This document shows, in pieces, positions 60,420 through 64,000 of a stretch of DNA of 64,000 bases (its first letter is position 1; each line of letters begins with the position of its first letter). The translations under genes were made by a program, and so were the position numbers. The notes beneath the pieces were generated by a model, which searched no databases, had not been told where the DNA came from, and worked only from the letters and a program-made list of their open reading frames with translations. This stretch comes from Podospora anserina (lineage: Eukaryota): positions 3,286,001-3,350,000 of the forward strand of contig CM030334.1 of NCBI GenBank assembly GCA_017654855.1, in the 5' to 3' direction.

Positions 60420-60945
60420 GAGAAATTCTAGCCGGGCATCTCCCCCTAGCTAACCGGGCACACCCCATGGGGGTTAGGGTTCTGTATGGCCCCTGACTTT
60501 GATATGATATTCTTGACGACTTTTTCCCATCACCTCTACCATCGATAACTACAACTGTTACTGCCCTGCATTTTGTCCCATATAAATTCCTATATAGATA
60601 AATATTTATACATACTATAGTCAAGCTATCAATAAAATACAGTTGGCACTGCCTATAAGTAATGCCGCTTTAAAATCAATAGCTAGCTAAACTACTAGCT
60701 AAAGCTGTGGGTAAGATTGTAGTTAGCTAGCTAAAGGCTGTGAGTGAGGTTGTAATTAAAGTAATTTGTAAGGCGCGTTTAATTGCTAGAAGGTAGGGAA
60801 TTAAGCAGTATGGCCTGAAGTATATAGGTTGTGGAGGAGTAAGTGGTTGATGGAGTTGGAATTTCAGGCGCTGTACAGAACCCTAACTCCCAGGGGGGGT
60901 GAAGTGCCCAGTAAGCCAGGGGGGATTGCCCGGCTAGAATTTCTC
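60420..60945. mobile_element. Non-autonomous TIR element (MITE), Mutator-like, RIP-degenerate
   Basis: About 70-bp imperfect terminal inverted repeats (60420-60486 and 60874-60945; outer 19 bp GAGAAATTCTAGCCGGGCA perfect). Flanking 9-mers TTTTTCTAG and TTTTTTAAG. TpA-rich interior with no credible ORF. Confidence 0.8.
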
Positions 60946-61599
60946 TTTTTTAAGATGTTGATAGAACGATATTCCTTTGAGGGTAACTATTTATCGACGA
61001 GCTAAAACCTAAAGCCACGTGTGGTAGTTACCTATCTTACCACGTCGAGAGTCTAGTGGCATTGATGTAGAAGCTTGGGATGACCTTCGTATAAGAACCT
61101 GGGTTGGGCAGCTCGAGATCTGAAGAATGGTTTCCCCAAATGTGTTTCGTAAAATTATCTGACGAGGAGGCGGTCGAGGTATATGCACAAAAACAATGCC
61201 CGAGAACAAAGTCCCCTATCTCAAACGCAGAATTTCACAAGTAACAGGGCACAGCAACATTAGACCACAAAGTACATTTAAACAAGTTTTTTATTCACCC
61301 TCTCTTTCAAGAGGATAAGAAGCTCTGACACAGAGCAACAAACCAAAAGCTGACTTTTCCCCTTCCCCTTAAACAACCCCCCCCGCTCCCCCCTTTGCCA
61401 TTGAACCTCCTAATCCTCCATGAATGACCCCCCTAGAATACCAGACAGGACAAGTAATGCAATGGTCACCAATCAACCATATGACCCAACCCCCCGCTCT
61501 AGAAAGTAGCAAAAAGCGCTATAACAAGCGCAACCCATTTTTTGCCTCCCAGCTGTTGTTGTGTACACACACCAAACACAAACATACTTAACATACAAC

Positions 61600-61692
61600 C
61601 CAATCCAATCCAACCAACCGACCAACCGACCGACCAACCAACCGACCGACCAACCAACCGACCGACCAACCAACCAACCGACCAACCAACCC
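61600..61692. repeat. (CCAAT)/(CCAA/CCGA)n compound microsatellite
   Basis: Directly visible. Confidence 0.85.
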
Positions 61693-62009
61693 TATACCCA
61701 AAACTAAATATGGTATCAACAAAAAAACAAGAAGAATAACGTCATTATAGACATGAGAAATTAACCAAGAGAGAAAAAATTGTGCAAGAAATGAAGAGAG
61801 ACTGTCCTCCAAAAAAAAAAAAAAAAACCAAGAGAGAGGAATTGGAGGTATATCGTGTCGCGGGTATAACAACAGGCGTATAGTTCCAGATGTGCTCTGT
61901 GTCGGTGATGATGTGGTATGTATAGTAATCCGGCCGTCAAACGTCATGGTATCATCTCTATGATATATCCCCCTCCCATCTATTCATTTACACCCACCCC
62001 GCCCCGCCC

Positions 62010-64000
62010 CTAAATAATATTCGCAATGCTAATCCTCTTCTGACTCTCACTCTTAATACTCGACACCCCAGACGCAGCCGCCGTCGGGCTGTTATTAGAC
62101 GACGACCCACTCCCCATCTCCATCGGCCTAGGGGGAGGGGCAGAAAACGGCATCGGCAACGGCGCCATCTTCATCTCGTGGCCCTGACCAGCTGGCATCT
62201 CCATCTTGACCGGTGGTAGTGAAGGTGGAGGGGGGCCAGGCGTGAGCTCCATCTTCATCGGGCCCCAGGTTTGCTGGCGAGCAGGCGCGAGAGCAGCCGG
62301 AGGGGGAGGGGGAGGAGGAGGAGGAGGAGCGGCGGCGCTCGTGGGACTGGATGCACCAGACGCCAAGCACCGGATGGAATTCTCCAGCCTCTCCCAACCA
62401 GTCGGCCCCCACTCCCATCTCTGTTCGCTCGTCAGGTTTGTCCTCGCGTCGATGCTGAAAAGAGTGTGCTTCCCGTTGGCGGCCCCCGATGGAACAAGAG
62501 GAGCGGGCGACGGCGGCTCACGGTCGCTGCCTGCCCAGACCCAGGCTGTGTCAGGGCTGGCCTGGAGGTCAGAACTGACGTACGCGACCAGCTCCTCGTC
62601 TCGAAAGAGCGCTTCTTGAATCGCAGACTGGGAAGGACGTGGTGGTGGGGGTCCGTATGGCGAGGGAGGATGACTGGGGGATGGCGACTGGGCGAGGTAG
62701 CTTGTAATCTCGGCTCGCCTGTTTCCGAGAACCTGGACGAAAAAGCCGAGATAACGGCCGCAAGGCATGGCAACGTCACGGTGCTCGTTGATGGATGCCA
62801 GGGCGCGGACGCAGGTAGCCGCCTGATCAAACCAGCCCGTGATCAGCAAGAACAGCGCGCAGCGGAAGATGTGTGTGGTCAGAAGCGCTGTGGCGCCTTC
62901 CGGAAGATCGGGTGTAACTCGCAGGAGAAGAGCAGCGGTTTCGAGAGCCGTGTGAGTGCACTGTTCAAAGGCCGTCCGTCGCACGTCGGGGGGGCAGGAA
63001 GGGAGCAGATTGTGTCGGTGGAGCAGCAGGCGTGCGTGGAGGAGGTAGACCAAGGGGTTGAGAAGCGCAGGGGTCATGGGGGCGTTGCTCGTAGGGTCGC
63101 AAGCCTGTGGAAAGGTTCGAAGGCAGGAGGAAAAGTGCTGGTCAAACGTTGCCAGCCGGGTCGGTGCAATAACGGGGGACGAGAGGGCTCTGCCGAGCGC
63201 TGTGTAAGAACGCACAACGTGTATCACGGCGAGCAGAGAATGCGTAAGCGGCTCTGCGCCCACGGGCACCCTTGGGCCCTGCTCAGAGATGAAGCAGTCG
63301 TCGACTCCAGCGGGCAACGAGACGTCGCAGTCGGAATCGTCAATCATCATCGGCCTCCCGAGTTCGATAGACAGGCTGCGATCAAGAAGGTAGATGGCCC
63401 ACCATGTCCTCCTGCGCATCTCACCCTCGAGGAATTGCCATGGCCCCAATTCGGTGTAGAGACCAAGGTCTTGAGCCACCCGGACAGCATTGCCGAGCCA
63501 GTTCCAAGCAGCAAGCTTCAGGTTCATCTCATTCAACGCCACAGAAATAAGCACAAACACGCGCGCATTGTCCAGCTCATACTCGTTGTTCCAAGGGTCA
63601 ATCAAACTCCGCGTCGTCTCGAGAAGATGGGCTGCCGAATACGCTCGGTTGTGCTCGTTCTCGGATGTAAAGAGCCTTCCAACGGCCATGACGGCAAAGA
63701 ACACAGACATGAAGGCCTGCGTGACTCGAATCGGATTGCCCTGGCGGTAGAGCCCATCTACCGTCTGCACAAAGCTGTTCCAGTGCAGAATGGGCGTCAT
63801 GGTATGGGCAGAGGTGAAGTAAGCCCTGAGCAACGAGTCTGTCGTCTGCCTGGGAGGCAGCATGGAAGTGAAGTCCCTCGGATCAGGGGCCGCCACCGGT
63901 CGGTATGGCGCTGGTGGCTTCCAGATTCCCCTGGAAAAGCTTCGTAGGTTGGTTCTTGCTCGAGCGAGGTCGTGAATGCTGGCGGGCCGCTTCTTGCGCT
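62010..64000 (-). CDS. Fungal-specific (Zn2Cys6-type) transcription factor, 5'-truncated by the window edge
   Basis: Fungal_trans middle domain: YF...H...PILH, AVRVAQDLGL, EMRRRTWWAIYLLDRSLSIELGRP..I...DCDVSLP. The frame stays open to the window end (RTNLRSFSRGIWKPPAPY). The Zn cluster itself is outside the window. Confidence 0.88.
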   Translation of the reverse strand, partial: RKKRPASIHDLARARTNLRSFSRGIWKPPAPYRPVAAPDPRDFTSMLPPRQTTDSLLRAYFTSAHTMTPILHWNSFVQTVDGLYRQGNPIRVTQAFMSVFFAVMAVGRLFTSENEHNRAYSAAHLLETTRSLIDPWNNEYELDNARVFVLISVALNEMNLKLAAWNWLGNAVRVAQDLGLYTELGPWQFLEGEMRRRTWWAIYLLDRSLSIELGRPMMIDDSDCDVSLPAGVDDCFISEQGPRVPVGAEPLTHSLLAVIHVVRSYTALGRALSSPVIAPTRLATFDQHFSSCLRTFPQACDPTSNAPMTPALLNPLVYLLHARLLLHRHNLLPSCPPDVRRTAFEQCTHTALETAALLLRVTPDLPEGATALLTTHIFRCALFLLITGWFDQAATCVRALASINEHRDVAMPCGRYLGFFVQVLGNRRAEITSYLAQSPSPSHPPSPYGPPPPRPSQSAIQEALFRDEELVAYVSSDLQASPDTAWVWAGSDREPPSPAPLVPSGAANGKHTLFSIDARTNLTSEQRWEWGPTGWERLENSIRCLASGASSPTSAAAPPPPPPPPPPAALAPARQQTWGPMKMELTPGPPPPSLPPVKMEMPAGQGHEMKMAPLPMPFSAPPPRPMEMGSGSSSNNSPTAAASGVSSIKSESQKRISIANII

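Noticed and set aside
62271..63947. 558-aa + strand ORF opposite the transcription factor
   Set aside because: Antisense shadow in GC-rich coding DNA.
1..64000. tRNA, 5S rRNA, snRNA or snoRNA genes
   Set aside because: No convincing cloverleaf or box motifs found by eye; tRNAscan-SE and Infernal would be needed to exclude them.

Overview
This is eukaryotic DNA from a filamentous ascomycete. Short GT-AG introns with CTRAC branch points, the gene content and a RIP-like repeat suggest Sordariales, possibly Podospora-like (inference). The window is a gene-dense core-genome region with 19 protein-coding genes. In order: a divergent ATP-citrate lyase pair (acl1/acl2), a GH72 glucanosyltransferase, a WLM metalloprotease with an apparent 1-nt frameshift, a WDR62/MAPKBP1-like WD40 protein, RRG9, a DUF2236/MpaB-like oxygenase, calcipressin, mitochondrial PheRS, argininosuccinate synthase, a dicarboxylate carrier, RPB3, MGE1, PBP1/ataxin-2, an AA11 LPMO, acetylornithine aminotransferase, glutamate decarboxylase, kynurenine formamidase, and a partial fungal-specific transcription factor. 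I found no tRNA, rRNA or CRISPR, and no clearly new multi-gene system. The best leads are: a ~526-bp Mutator-like MITE with RIP-type decay; a 2x2 alternative splice cassette in PBP1; an Spt5-CTR-like tail on Rpb3; a possible mitochondrial presequence on kynurenine formamidase; and clustered Gcn4/CPC-1 and Crz1 motifs. Exon boundaries were derived by hand and need RNA-seq confirmation.
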